DNA of 64,000 nucleotides from Phyllobates terribilis. Taxonomy: Eukaryota. The first letter of the stretch is position 1; each line of letters starts with the position of its first letter. Positions 1-13,492 of this stretch are shown here, in pieces. The notes beneath the pieces are model-generated. The model saw only the letters and a program-made list of their open reading frames with translations. It ran no database searches and was not told the DNA's origin. The position numbers and the translations under genes were made by a program. The stretch is from assembly GCF_046119375.1 (NCBI RefSeq), contig NW_027362771.1, positions 293,632,001 through 293,696,000 of the forward strand. The letters are read 5' to 3'.

Positions 1-147
1 GAAGGCCAAAGAGCCCAGGGGGAAGGGCAAAGAGCCCAGGGGGAAGGCCAAAGAGCCCAGGGGGAAGGCCAAAGAGCCCAGGGGGAAGGGCAAAGAGCCC
101 AGGGGGAAGGCCAAAGAGCCCAGGGGGAAGGGCAAAGAGCCCAGGGG
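1..147 (+). repeat. 21-bp minisatellite, 7 copies in the window (may extend left)
   Basis: Unit GAAGG(C/G)CAAAGAGCCCAGGGG repeats at 1, 22, 43 and so on up to 147, then gives way to a purine-rich GAA/GGA tract. Confidence 0.95.
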
Positions 148-499
148 GAAGGAGAAGAAAAAAGAAAAAAAGAAGGATGGAAAGAAGGAAGGATAAAGGG
201 ATGGAAAGAAGGAAAAAAAAATGCAACCCAAGATCCATATTCAGTGTACAGATTCATACAGAGTAATGGCAGCACAAACCTGGGTCTGCAAACCCAGAGT
301 CTGCTAGCCACTGCCTGCTAACAAAAATACAAAAACCAGATCCAAGCTGCAAGATAAATATTACATGACGTCACCATGCTGGTATAATGTCAGTGACAAA
401 ATCCGGGGTCTGGACATATTGAATTTAGCCATTCATTCCTGTTTGACCTGGGGTAAGCAACATCAAAAAGGTCTGGCAGCCACCTATTCCCATTTGCAC

Positions 500-1965
500 C
501 GAAACAGATATTGGCAAGCAGGGTCGGAAAGAAATAAGCAAAACATCCGATTTCTTCCTACAAGTTCAGCTTTATTACTGTTTTGCAATTTAAGGTGTTT
601 TTTTCAACTTGTGACATGGGAAAAATTGCAGTATGAGCGCAGGCACAGTGGTGAGACTGTACCGCTGGTCAGAACTATCAATCTTCAGGAGTGCACCGTC
701 CTCCAGCAAGCCACGAGGCAAGGGAGCGGTACACTCCTGAGGACAAAAGATGAGCTAACTCCTTTCAGTGACTAAAACTGCGGCAGTCATGAACATTTGC
801 AAAAACAAGATCACTGATTGGGGATGAGGCAGGAACCACAAAGACATCCAAGGCAATGTGGAAACAAGAACCAGAGTAACATCAACCAGACTCATAGGTT
901 CTCATTAGAGTCAATGTAATCTAAAATGAGATGAATAAGTGCCTTAATTATTTTGTATCAGGGTCATAATGTTTGGACCCAAATGGATAGCCCAATGTTG
1001 ACCTACTTTTGCTGATAAGTGTTATTATTCCTGCAGGGTTTCCAGTGTTCACACGTTCCCAAAACCGTAAAAAATTACAGTTTAGAACAAAATAATTGGA
1101 CAAAATTTTCCAAACAGGAGACACCGTCCTAGAGCACCTTCCTGCACAACTCCAAAGCGCAATATTCCGTAAGTTACCTTATAACGTATTAATCAAAATC
1201 TAAAGGTTATACAAAACAAAAAGGATAGAGTAACAAAGTAATAGAAACTGAGACTTATTAACTGTATTGTATAACTGGGAAAGCAGACTGGTCATAAAAG
1301 TGTTCACAGACTGCAACTAGATCTGGTCATGAGTGATCCGGTTACCAGCACCAAAGAAATTACTGCTACAGTATAAATACACACGCGCCTATATCAGACG
1401 GAAAACAAAAAATGCTGCACATGGCTTCTTGCAATGCAGGGCTTCATTAACAGAAATGTCCTACAAGATGACAATATCTTCCAAACGTGACTTACACAAA
1501 ACGGGCAGCCGACATGGAAAGATTCCCTCCACTGAGGCACTTATAAAAGACTGTTGGTGGCCCAAGAAAAGCCCTGCCAGGCTTGTTAATGCATTTCACG
1601 GACAATTCCCACTTAAAGAGATCTCGGCATTAGAAACTTTACCCTACCTGCGATCCTCGGAATCCCTACAGAGACTCATTAATGTATTAGCTAAAGTGTA
1701 CGCATGTTTCTTCCCACGATTTTTATATTTCTTCAGCGCTGAAGGCGACTGCTCCACATTATAAGCTCCCCCACAAGGGGTTACTACTTCAACCCTTGTA
1801 GCAAAAATATTGGCCAAAAGTGAGAAGTTCTGCTGAAAACAGTAGATTAAAGGGCTGCCCTTTCATGCCTCGCCTTTAATCACATTACTTCCATTTACAT
1901 CAATTTCATAACAGCCCATAACTTAGTAAGGCTAAACTAAAAACAGGGCAACCTGGCGACCCCAA
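500..1965 (-). mobile_element. Heavily decayed non-LTR retrotransposon (L1/Tx1-like ORF2) relic; boundaries approximate
   Basis: The minus strand near 1940-1970 reads D-V-S-V-G-V-(R)-Q-(G)-C-P once two 1-bp deletions are restored, matching the RT motif GVRQGCPL. Further short matches (FFGAGNRI, FLINT) occur in the expected order. There is no long ORF. Confidence 0.3.
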
Positions 1966-2875
1966 CACTTACATCCAGAAATCCTTCACTCCCGCGTCTG
2001 TGCTGCAGGTCTGGTTACAGAACAAAGTTCCTATTTGATGCCAAATCGGTCCGGAAAAAGTAAGATGGCAGGTAAAGTCGAAAAAACAAAAAAAAGTTTT
2101 ATTTTCAGTTTTTTAAAATTCATGCCATAATCAGAAGATGCAAAGATTAAAGATGCAACACAAGACCTCTGACAGTCCTGCTGAATAGATCTTATATTTC
2201 CATAGGTGCATAAGCGTAGCGAAACATATAAAAATAAAAGATTATTATTATTATTATTAAAACATCGAAGATCAAGTTGTTGAGGTCTTGAAAAATTTTT
2301 TTAAAAAATTATAGAGGACACCCCCCCCCAGGAATATCCCTTTAACCCCCAATTCCATATTTACACTGCAAACAGGCAAAGAACATCCTTATAATCCTAT
2401 CTGACACTCATTTTAATACGTATTTAATGCTAAAGAATTTGGAAAATCATTTAAGTTTGCTAAACTAAAATCTCCACGCCCCTCTATTCCAGGAGGAAAC
2501 TGGCCCATAGTAAATCTAAACCCTGCCGGGACCAGGCAATTTTTCATTTTTGTACTTGCATTCATTCTTCCGTCTTCTTTCAAGAGCCATCATTTTTATT
2601 CTTCAATCAACATAGGGGCTTGTTTTTTTAACTACAAGATGTAGTTCTGAAGGACACCATTCATTTTACCATAAATGTACTGAAAATGGGGGTAGAAAAT
2701 ACAAGTGGAATGAAATTGTGAAATAAAAAATGCAATTTACCATAGTTTATTGTGTTCCTTGTATGATTAAAATTTCTGGCTTTTCACATTTTTTCCCCCA
2801 TTTACAGTGTTTAGATATTTGGTAAATTTAACATTTTCATGGATCAGACTTTTACGGATGCAGCGATAACAGGCA

Positions 2876-3991
2876 CAGGTGCTTCTCACTAAATTAGAAT
2901 ATCATCAAAAAGTTAATTTATTTCAGTTCTTCAATACAAAAAGTGAAACTCATTATATAGAGTTATTACAAACAAAGTGAAAATAAAAAAGTTATCATCT
3001 CAGTAAATTAAAATAATTAACAAAAAACACCTGCAAAGGATTCCTAAGTGTTTAAAAAGGTCCCTTAGTCTGTTTCAGTAGGCTACACAATCATGGGGAA
3101 GACTGCTGACTTGACAGATGTCCAGAAGGCAGTCATTGACACACTCCACAAGGTCCCAGAGTTCCAATTTTCATTTGGAAATCAAGGTCCCAGAGTCTGG
3201 ATGAAGAGTGGAGAGGCCACAATCCAAGTTGCTTGAGGTCTAGTGTGAAGTTTCCACAACCAGTGATGGTTTGGGGAGCCATGTCATCTGCTGGTGTAGG
3301 TCCACTGTGTTTTATCAAGACCAAAGTCAGTGCAGCCATCTACCAGGAAATTTTAGAGCACTTCATGCTTCCCTCTGCTGACAAGCTTTTTGGAGATGGA
3401 AATTTCATTCTCCAGCAGGACTTGGCACCTGTCCACACTGCCCAAAGTACCAATACCTGGTTTACAAACAACAGTATCACTGTGCTTGATTGGCCAGCAA
3501 ACTCACCTGACCTTAACCCCATAGAGAATCCATGGGGTATTGTCAAGAGGAAGATGAGAGACACCAGACCCAACAATGCAGACGAGCTGAAGGCTGCTAT
3601 CAAAACAACCTGGGCTTCCATAACACCTCAGCAGTGCCACAGGCTGATCGCCTCCATGCCACGTCACATTGATGCAGAAATTGATGCAAAAGCAGCCCCG
3701 ACCAAGTATTGAGTGCATTTACTGAACATACATTTCAGTAGGCCAACATTTCGCATTTTAAAAACATTTTTCAAGCTGTTGTTATAAAGTATTCTAATTT
3801 ACTGAGATAATGACTTTTGTGTTTTCATTGGCTGTAAGCCATAATCATCAACATTAACAGAAATAAACACTTGAAATAGATCACTCTGTTTGTAATGACT
3901 CTATATAATATATGAGTTTCACTCATTGTATTGAAGAACTGATTATAAATTAAACTTTTTGCTGATATTCTAATTTAGTGAGATGCACCTG
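2876..3991 (+). mobile_element. Internally deleted Tc1-family (DD34E) DNA transposon
   Basis: TIRs CAGGTGC(T/A)TCTCACTAAATTAGAATATCA at 2876 and ending at 3991, with TA on the right flank. Contains a transposase remnant. Confidence 0.93.
3093..3712 (+). pseudogene. Tc1 transposase remnant (N-terminal 20 codons fused to the catalytic C-terminal part)
   Basis: MGKTADLTDVQKAVIDTLHK starts at 3093, then a deletion, then VKFPQPVMVWGAMSSAGVGPL...QQDLAPVH...WPANSPDLNPIENPW...PTKY. There are 34 residues between the second D and E. Confidence 0.92.
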
Positions 3992-5735
3992 TAGGTTCCA
4001 CACTCGTGTCACAAAAAAGCCGATGGGAGCCGGAGCACACGCACCAGCAGTATCGTCATTTAGAGGCCGCTGTCCATGACTGCCGATACAGCTGACCCAA
4101 ACTATTATCAGAAGGAAGCGCTACTCTCCTGAAAAGACGTTTTCAAGAAACTTTTAATGGACATCCTGTCACTTGACACCTCAAATCTTACAAAATATAT
4201 TATATTATATATATTTGATTTTTTTAGGACCTGGAACTCACATGACATGATGCCCAACGCAACCTCATGATATTTACATGAAAGCAGCACCAATGTGTAT
4301 AGAAAGTCACAGGTAGGGTAAAATCTATCTAAGGAGTGGTCTGGTTATAACATATTGATAAGCTATCCGTAGGGTAGATCATCAATATAAGATGCGTTGG
4401 GGTGCCGGGTGTTGGACCCCTACTGGTCTGATATTGGACGATATTGCTCCAGCGTCGGCTGGAAATAAACACTCCACTCATTGAGTAGTGGCCGCTGCAG
4501 GGTGCTGCAGAACAGCTCGCACATATACCACCGGCCCTAACATTACATATGCAGTCTGACAACCATCTAGTAAGGATTAGATTATACCTTAAATTGGTCT
4601 CCTGCCTCCCCTGTTATTAACATCCTGTTTCCTTCCATCATGAAGCTCAGACAGACTTGAGCACACATTTCCCTTTCTGTGGGAAGATCAGGAAACACTT
4701 GAACTCCCACGGAGTCGCTCAGAAAAATTCCAAATATAAGTTACATCGGGAAGAGCAAACTAGAAAAACCAAGCGTAACGTATCAGCATATACAAAACTA
4801 TGGTGATGAGGAGAGGACAAAGTCATGGCCCAAACGGACATGCACGGAGGCAAAATATGGAAAGAACATACACCATGTAGGCAGCATGAAAGGGAGGAAG
4901 ATTTCAGAACCAGAGCTGCGATTATCATGACCGCTCTGGAGTTTCTTTCCAGTAATAATGGTACAATACATTGGTTGCTGTGCATTGCCTTGATACATTT
5001 ACCTTGGCCAGTACCACAAATACAAAAAAGGGCAGGTAAAAAAAAGTGTAAAATCTGCTACCAGCAATATTGAAAAGGTTTGATTTAACGGCTTTGGACA
5101 CCTTTGACACGGTAAAAAAAAAATAAATACATTTCCTCCATGTGTAGTGATTACATTTAGTTAATAAAATTGCAGTAAGTTTCAGTGTTCCTCCAAGTGT
5201 CACATTATGCGCGCATCTCTTTCAGTAATGTAGGCTGGATGTGAGTTCCGTAAGTATCCAAGGTGCGGTGGTCTTCATATATCAGAGGAGCTTCCCCCCC
5301 ACCCCCCGAGGAGCTTCCCCCCCAACCCCCAAATCTGCATTGTCAATTCTTTCCATTTTTTGCAGCATTTGTCACTTATTCAAATGAATGTAAAAAAAAA
5401 GAGCAAATAAAAAACCGCTAGCGTATTTCACGCAATGTTTTTCCTACCAACACTCAAGAATTTGCAGCAGATTTTTCTGCACCAATAACTAAGTGTGTGC
5501 ACATAGCCTTATCGTTCCTATTTCTGCACAGCTCACTACAGAAGTGGAAACCCTGCACAGGTGCAAATCGGCAACTATATGGATATTCTTCCAATTGTAC
5601 AACACATAACTGCTGCTAGCAAGGAAGGAAATAAAAATTAAGTATGGGGTCAGAATATCGCAGTAGTGCAGTCTTACATTAGAGGCCTGTAACTTCAAAC
5701 ATCAGATCTGTTATAATTAATCTATATTAATCTTA

Positions 5736-5890
5736 CAGATTGGAAGCTTGTGAGCCGGGCTCTCACTCCTCCTATAACTGTTCACTTATGTGTTACTCTA
5801 ATGTCTTTATCGTCTTCATGTCCGCGCTCAATTGTAAAGTGCGGCGGAATATGTCGGCGTTATAGAAATCATTTTATCATCATTGTTATT
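5736..5890 (+). mobile_element. 3' tail of a LINE/SINE (CR1/L2-type tail)
   Basis: Ends in TGTAAAGTGCGGCGGAATATGTCGGCGTTATAGAAAT plus an ATT-rich tail, a diverged version of the SINE tail at 61897-61964. A similar tail begins at 7001, right after the gap. Confidence 0.5.
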
Positions 5891-6814
5891 TTTATTTTAA
5901 AAGATAGAACTAAGTGGTTGGGAGAATAGTAAATGGGCTCTGTAGGGCATTTAACTCTTTTTTGCTAGGTCTCCTTGAGGAGGGGGTGATCGTATTGTCA
6001 AACCTTTGGACGACTACCTGTTCGGAAACTTTACTTTGGGTATTTGTGAACATTATACTTTACTACTCATTTTATGGTTAATTAAAAACAAAACAAAAGT
6101 ATATGGATAATTGCAACTTAAAAAAAAAAAAAAGTGTTTAGTTGAATATCATTATTTTTTTTTTTAACAAACAGAGGTAAGAAAACCACAGAGGTCATGC
6201 CCCAAAGTTTTGGGCAAAGAATGACCTGGCATGCCTCGTGTTCTCTTGACACATTTCTCTGGATCTTCCTGTACAGTTCATTCTTTCATTCTTGCTTGGA
6301 TGATAAATGTGTTTCGGTGGAGCCGTTTGCGGGTAAAATAACACCACTGATCAGACATGACCCTTTATGACCTAAAGTAAAAGTGTAGGCTGTCCGGCAA
6401 CATTCCTATAAATATTATCTCCAGTATCGTTCCTTAATGAAATTACAATGAAGATGTGGATTAGCTGATAGAAGTGGTAAAAAAACTAACATTCTTCTTC
6501 AAGTTGGAATATTATGTCAATAAGCAACAAGGAAAACAAGAAAGAAGGAACAAAATCTGATGAAGTGTACCTCCGAAAAGGTGAAGAAAACTAAAACTGC
6601 TTACATAGGACGTCCTCCAAAGTTAAACCAAGGAATACTCTTATCAGCTCTTGTAATTTAACTGTTATGGGGCCGGTTGCAAATAGAACGGCGCAGTTCA
6701 TTTTCGAGTATGTAATATATTGTGTATTATACACAAGCAAAATATAATTATACATTCTGAAAAGAGAAGTCTAGCATATAGGTCCTCACCAAATATAACC
6801 AATAAAAGAAAATT

Positions 6815-7000
6815 NNNNNNNNNNNNNNNNNNNNNNNNNNNNNNNNNNNNNNNNNNNNNNNNNNNNNNNNNNNNNNNNNNNNNNNNNNNNNNNNNNNNNN
6901 NNNNNNNNNNNNNNNNNNNNNNNNNNNNNNNNNNNNNNNNNNNNNNNNNNNNNNNNNNNNNNNNNNNNNNNNNNNNNNNNNNNNNNNNNNNNNNNNNNNN
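6815..7000. other. Assembly gap (186 N)
   Basis: Run of N characters. Confidence 1.
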
Positions 7001-7960
7001 TCTGTAAAGCGCTGAGGAATTAATGACAATATATAAAAGTGAGTAAAATAAAATTTAATAAAAAAAATGTGATCAAGTAAATAAAAATCTATATATAAAT
7101 TATTATTTTTTTAATAGTAGTATTTCAAACCGGAGATTAATTGCCAAATAAATTATCAGTTGTACTTTTTTTTTTTTTTTTTTAAGATGAAACCTGTGTT
7201 ACTACAAACTCCGGGGACAATCTTGTGCTGCTGATGAAGACGTAACAGAACTCTTTACATTACAATCCAGAGTTTAATTTAATGGCAGTAATTGCTTTAG
7301 AAAGAGAAAACATTTACTCAAGGATACATGCACTAAAGAATAATCTGCCTAACGGCTCCATTAATATTTGTCTGAATTGCCATTTTTGGTGTATGTATAC
7401 ATTTCAGCTATACATACTGCGAGCATGTCCTTAATCCCCCAGCGCTTTCAATCCCAGCACAGATTCCTTCAATGTTAATTTAAACCAGCACTTCAGTAAT
7501 GTGTAATGCGTGACAACAGCGCCACCTAGTGGAAAAACTACAAAATTACAATCTTTTAAATTGTACAATAGTTCCTTCTAGCAGAAAAAGGGCCGTCATT
7601 AACTATTAGGAAAACAAAGCTACGATAACATTTACATTCGCTATTCTTTAAGTAATTTCAGATCCGCTATGTTCTTCCTTAATTAAGTCCTTAATGCGGT
7701 TGTCAAAGATTACAGTAAAGGATTTCTTCACACTTGTCCATGGACTACGTAGTTCTCTGCATTAGGCCTCATTCAGACGTCCATTTTTTTCTTGTATGTG
7801 AAGTTGGATCAGATTTTCATGAGTGTTTGGCCAGGGTGTGTTTTTTACCATCAGTAATTTTCAAGTATGGCCAAAAAAAAAAACCTAACATTTTTTGTCC
7901 CATATGAGATAAGACCACCGCCTTTCAGTCCTCGTATACAACATACTAATATGCTATATA

Positions 7961-8065
7961 CAAGTGCTTCTCATTAAATTAGAATATCATCAAAAAGTTA
8001 ATTTATTTCTGTTTTTCAATACAAAAAGTGAAAATCATTATATAGAGTCATTACAAACAGAGTGA
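7961..8065 (+). mobile_element. Truncated left end of the same Tc1 family as 2876-3991
   Basis: TA|CAAGTGCTTCTCATTAAATTAGAATATCATCAAAAAGTTAATTTATTT... aligns with 2876 onward for about 100 bp. Confidence 0.85.
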
Positions 8066-8622
8066 CAATGGCAGAGCACAGCACTGCAGTGCACATGCAA
8101 GGGCTTTGAACTTTCCTGGACCCTGAGCACTGCAGTACTGCGCTCTGTCCTCGTGAGGGCAAAGTACGCCTGCGCAGGAGCGTGATGCCGGAGGACCCTG
8201 TGTGGATGACGTAGGGACGTGTCATCCACATGAAGCAAGGAGGAAGACAGAAGAAGGGAGGCGCCGGATCAGGGGCATATACAGCAAATTAGAATGCTGT
8301 ATATGAGGGCTGAAAGGTGGTGGTCGTATCTCATATGGAGCAAACTTGGTGACAGGTTCCCTTTAAATGCTTCTCCTACTCATTACAATGTAGATGTCAT
8401 CTGTGAAAAGCCTCAGAATTGAGTATTTTGATAATGACGGATCAATTCTGGCAGAGAAAAAAGTAAATTCATCTGATAAGCAACTTTGTAATATATCTTA
8501 TTTTCAGGTATACTATGGATTTATGAGAAAAATTAAAACGACGGTTACACTTTAATGTGAGTATCTGTTTTTCCTATGGTCCACATGGCTTCTGTAACAG
8601 TCAGGAGTTGAGCAGTCATTAA

Positions 8623-9582
8623 GGCTGTGTGCCCACTATGCGTTTAAGCATTTCCGCATCGGCAATTCCGCTGTAGAAACGCTTGAAAAACACTTGGTAG
8701 GTCTGCCATGTTCCCCAATGATAATCCGCATGTGCTGAGCACATGATGGGAAATATCCGCTGCGGATTATCATTGCGGAAAAATACACAGCACTACCAAT
8801 TATTTTGCGCAATCGCGGCGTTTTCGCCGCTATTGACTTGCATTGAATTTCTTAATATCCGCATGACTACATGTGCACATGCGGATATTAAGGGATTCAA
8901 TGTGCGGATGGTACCCGGGTCTGGAGAAGAGGAGACTCTCATCCAGACCCAGGTACCATGGTACCTGTAAAAAAGAGAATTTAAATAAAAAAAAATATAT
9001 ACATTATACTCACCTTCTGATGGCCCCCGGTCTACATAGCGATGCGTCCTGGCTCTCCGGCAGCTCGTGATGGTCTAAAAGGACCTGTCATGACCTCGTT
9101 TAGTCATTTAACGGGTCACGTGACCGCTGACATCGGTGGTCGCGTGACCTGTCACTAAATGATGTCATGGAAGGTCCTTTTACACCAACGCGAGACACCG
9201 GGAAGACCGGACGCATCGGATAAGGAGACTGGGGGCCATCAGAAGGTGAGTCTATGTTTTTTTTTTTACCATTTTTATTCTTTTTAACTAACTCGGTCAC
9301 ACTATATAAATCCATGCCATTTGCATGGATTTATATAGTGTGAACAAGTTGACAAGCACTTTCCAAGTGATGCTAAAATCGTTTGGAAAGTGCTTGACAA
9401 CCCGCATGCAGAAATGCATGTGAAGAACGCTTCACATCCGCATGTCCCTGGCAGGAAAAAAAAAAAAGTACAATCCGCATGTACAATCCGCATGTACAAT
9501 CCGCATGCATTTTTTTCTGCCAGAGAGATGCAGAAACGCTCAGGAAAAATCCGGAGCATTTGTGCATCGTGGGCACATAGCC
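8623..9582. mobile_element. PIF/Harbinger-like MITE with long internal inverted arms
   Basis: TIR GGCT(G/A)TGTGCCCAC at both ends, TAA direct repeat on both flanks, and internal inverted symmetry (8965-9030 versus 9230-9290). Confidence 0.8.
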
Positions 9583-9744
9583 TAAGAATAAAATGTAATT
9601 TTTTTTTCCCCAAAATTACAATGTGGTCAAATATACTTCTATATTTATGCCAACATAGTTTTTTTTTCTTTTTTTTTTTTATGTCCAAATTTTGCACACA
9701 TCACCCCCTAGCTATGCCAAACTGATTTTATCTTCTGCCATATA

Positions 9745-11292
9745 CAGCCATGACCGAAAGTGTTGGCACCCTTGAAATGATTCCAGAAAATGTACCATAT
9801 TTTGCAGACTATACTACACACCCCAAATTTGGGGTGGAAAATAGGATTTTTTTTTGTGTTCTTAAATAAAGTGGTGGTATGTCTCATTTAACGGTAGCTT
9901 ACTGTGGGAAAGGGGGGGTGGTCGGAGGATGATGTTGGTAGAGTTGGGGGTCACAGCAGGCAGGGTCGCTGCTTCAAGAGGGCGGCGGAAGGAGTGGGGC
10001 GATGCTGCAGTGCCTCGGCGCTCATTAGATGTCGGCACTGCTGAGCAGAGTCTCCTTTCCCTGAGATCTGGATTTGCGCATGCTCAGCCTCTGGCAGTCA
10101 TTTTACCGAAGCCAAACGCAGCGAACTGAATGGGAAAGGGAATTTATAATTATATTTCTAATTGGGAGTGTAAACCGATATCTTGTCATTTCAAATGGAT
10201 TAATAAAAGAATTGTTTTTAGGGGATTTTTCCTTTTTTGATTTTGGTCTGTCGACCCCTGTTAAATATATATTTTTCTTTGGCACTGGGTGCCTCGACTG
10301 TGTAGAAACGACAGAAGCAACAAAACAGCCACAAAACATCTTTTAACCTCCACCATAATTGACTGTAGGTAATGTGTTTTTTTCTTTGGAGACCTTATTC
10401 CCTTTTCGGTAAGCAGTAGAATGACGTGCTTTACCAAAAAACTCTATCTTGGTTTCATCTGTCTACAAGACGCTTTCCTAGAAGGATTTTGGCTTACTCA
10501 CATACTTTTTGAGAAGCTGCAGTCTAGCTATTTTATGCCTCTGTCAGCAGTAGGGTCCTCCTGTGTCTCCAGCCACAGCGTTTGATTTCATTCAAATGTC
10601 AATGAATAGTTCACGCTGCCACTGATGGACCCTGAGCCTGAAGGGCAGCTTGAATTTCTTTGGAACTTGATTGGAGCAGCTTATTCACCATCCGGACTAT
10701 CCTGCGTTGCAACCTTTCATAAATTTTTTTCTGCCGTCCACATCCAGGGAGATTAGCTACAGTGCTATGGGTTATAAACTTCTTGATTAGGTTATGCACT
10801 GTGGGCAAAGGAACATCAAGATCTCTGGAGATGGACTTGTAACCTTGAGATTGTTGATATTTTTCAACAATTTTGGTGCTCAAGTCCTCAGAGAATTCTC
10901 TTCTCCATGCTTAGTGTGGCACACAGACATGATGCAAAGATTGACTCAGCTTTTTCCCTTTTTATGTAGTTTCAGGTGTGATTTTCATACTTGCCATAGG
11001 AAAGTTTGAACGAGCATCACACACTTGAAACAAAGTTGTTTACCTACAATTTTGTTAGACCCATATTTGGGGTTTTGTATGAAATTTTGACCAATTTGCC
11101 TTTTTTCTGTTTTTTTTTTTTTTTTCTGTGTTATTTCAATACGCCATCCAGGTGAGCTGATTTTCTTGCTCACGTTATTCCAATATACACAAAGGAAATA
11201 AAGGTGTCTATAACAACATGTGTAATTTTCTGGGAGAAATACTTCATTTTCTGGAACAATTTCAAGGGTACCATCACTTTCAACCATGACTG
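9745..11292 (-). mobile_element. Rearranged Tc1-family transposon (5' half of the transposase retained, 3' half lost)
   Basis: TA-flanked TIRs CAG(C/T)CATG..GAAAGTG.TGG.ACCCTTGAAAT. The minus strand 10883-10310 encodes KIVEKYQQSQGYKSISRDLDVP...LPGCGR...TDETKIE...KMFCGCF with stop codons. Confidence 0.88.
9795..10120 (+). mobile_element. Truncated Tc2/pogo-like MITE inserted at a TA inside the Tc1 TIR; right end approximate
   Basis: TA|CCATATTTTGCAGACTATACTACACACCCCAAATTT... is homologous to the element at 19745-20183. Confidence 0.6.
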
Positions 11293-12699
11293 TACATCAG
11301 CATATCTGCATGTGTGTTTTCCTATTATTGATCTGTTAGATGGTTTCCAGTAGAGTTCAAACTTTCTACTGTCTTCCACAACAGAGCTTGACATTACCAT
11401 TTTGGATGCACAAAAGACAAAAGTCCTAAACGGTGCTTGAAGCCTGCTGCTGATAGATCAATGATGTAAAATAGCAAATGCCCCTTCGGACCGCTCTAGT
11501 CTTTATTTCATATATACTAACCGATCCGAGTTACATTGATTTGCTTCTGGAAGCAGTGGTACAGCTATTTCTCCAACATGGCCCACGGCCATTTTTTTTT
11601 TTTAAATGAAAAGGCAACTGTATGCAGCCTAAACATACTACTGTGTCCTTCAGGGTCTCCAGGCTCCAGGCTGGTCAGCAATTGCAAAGTGAAATGCTAG
11701 CAGCGGATCTTGCAGATTTGCATGCACAAGTGCATTCACCATGCCAGAACACTCCTCAGACAACCATTAATAGTCTAATTAATAGCCTGCAAAGTAGTGT
11801 TAGTGCATACATTTATGCACATGACACGCATACTCAGTACTGAATAAATCAAGACATTTTGAAAGTTTTGTTTCCAATTTTCAGCATTTGCATATTATCA
11901 TGTCTATCAGGCCTGTGATTTCCATAATTCCATGACTTTTCCTTCTTGATGTTGCAACTTCAACGCAGAGTGTAGATAGGCAAGATGATTCCTATGTAAA
12001 TGGCTATAGTGTACACTTGGGTACATGTGAACCTGAGACTGCCAAGCTCCATTGGTTCCATAGCTGTGGAAAATATGGGTGTAAAAGGTTATAAGACGTT
12101 GGGAATTTATTAATTACTCAATATCTTGTCTACACAAAGAGAGGGACTATTGCTTAAAGTAAATAAAAAAGAAGTGAGGACCACCCCTGTCCATAGACCC
12201 CATTACGACACATGGATATAATCGTTGGATTCTGCACACAGGACCACCTATGTGACTCACAATGGAAAGCAATCTTTCTTTACATGTCCACTAAAGAGGA
12301 GCAGACTTATTTGTGGATTTCCAGTCCAGAGTCCATCGAGGTCAGTAGTACTTGGAAGCTAGACGGGAAGCCCGAGAATCTCTTACCTTCTGGTGGCCCA
12401 GGCGCAGCATATTATTTGTCAGGGCTGGCGTAACGTCATCTGGGTGACAAAAAACAGATGACATCCCGCCAGCCCTGGCTAATCAAAAGCCGTGCTGGGA
12501 ACTCCAGAAGATAAGAGATCTGCGAGCCAAGTACCACTGACCTAGACTTGAATCCCACGAATCGATCTGCTCATCTTAAATGGACCCTCATCTGAGCGGC
12601 ATCCACCGCCACTACTTTTCCAATACAGCAGGCATTACAGGCATAATATCTGTCTGGCTGAGGCTTCAACCACAAATCAGCTGTATGCCAGGGCTGTTG

Positions 12700-13309
12700 G
12701 GAACACTTGTGGGGTTTATTTTGAAAGTGTGCACATTAAAATATGAAGTTCCAAGGCGTCATTTTTAAGTGCTAAAAGTAACCTAAAAAAAATAAAGAGT
12801 GGTTTAAAAAAAAGCAAAACAAAAAACATTTGGTATTGCCACATCTGTGAGTCTGATTTCTCAAAATATATTTAAACCTTTATGAAAGATGTCTTGAAGC
12901 AAAAAGATAACAAGCCAGGATTGAGGGGTTTATTTTTTTAGTTGCTACATCTGACGAAAAAATACAATACAAAGCGATCAAAACAGGTTATGTTCTCCAA
13001 CATGGCTTTTTTTTTGGCACCGTCTTGAAGCTCCATTGTCAGGAGAAAAAAAAAAATGGCCAGGTCATTTTTACCACACAATGAATGCCATAAAAACAAA
13101 ACCCCAAAAACAATGGTGGGATCAGTTTTTTTTTTCTTCCATCACATCATTGTACTTGGAACAGTCAATCAAAACTACAACTCATTTCACACAAAAAAAA
13201 AACAAAAAAAAGGCCTCATACAATGTTAAAGTTAAAATATTAATAAAAAAAAATTAAAGAGGAAGAAAAAAAAAAAGTGCAAAAACGGAAAAGTCTGGTC
13301 ATGAAAGGA
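12700..13309 (+). mobile_element. Right part of an abundant AT-rich piggyBac-like non-autonomous element; left boundary approximate
   Basis: Ends GGTCATGAAAGGA|TTAA. Internal blocks (TTTGGTAT, AAAGCGATCAAAA, ATAAAAACAAAACCC) are shared with fragments near 15400, 16100, 20200, 26800, 35430 and 62900. Confidence 0.5.
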
Positions 13310-13492
13310 TTAATAAAGCAACACTGGTCACCTTTTACAGCACTGAAATAACACTTTAGTGTTATTAAAGATCAAAAGGGGACCAGAAAAAGGAAGAAAA
13401 AAAAAAGTCTGCATGCATAAAGGATTATATCACCATTTGTGCCCCATCAGAAATTGGACTCATGGGATCGGATAATAGAAATAAAACATTTA

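Noticed and set aside
1-195. Lys/Glu-rich reading frame (KAKEPRG)n...KEKKKEKKK resembling TAF3 low-complexity sequence
   Set aside because: It is on the + strand whereas TAF3 is on the minus strand; it is explained by the 21-bp minisatellite and purine tract, with a stop soon after.
6720-7029. ORFs spanning the N run
   Set aside because: Artefact of translating the assembly gap.
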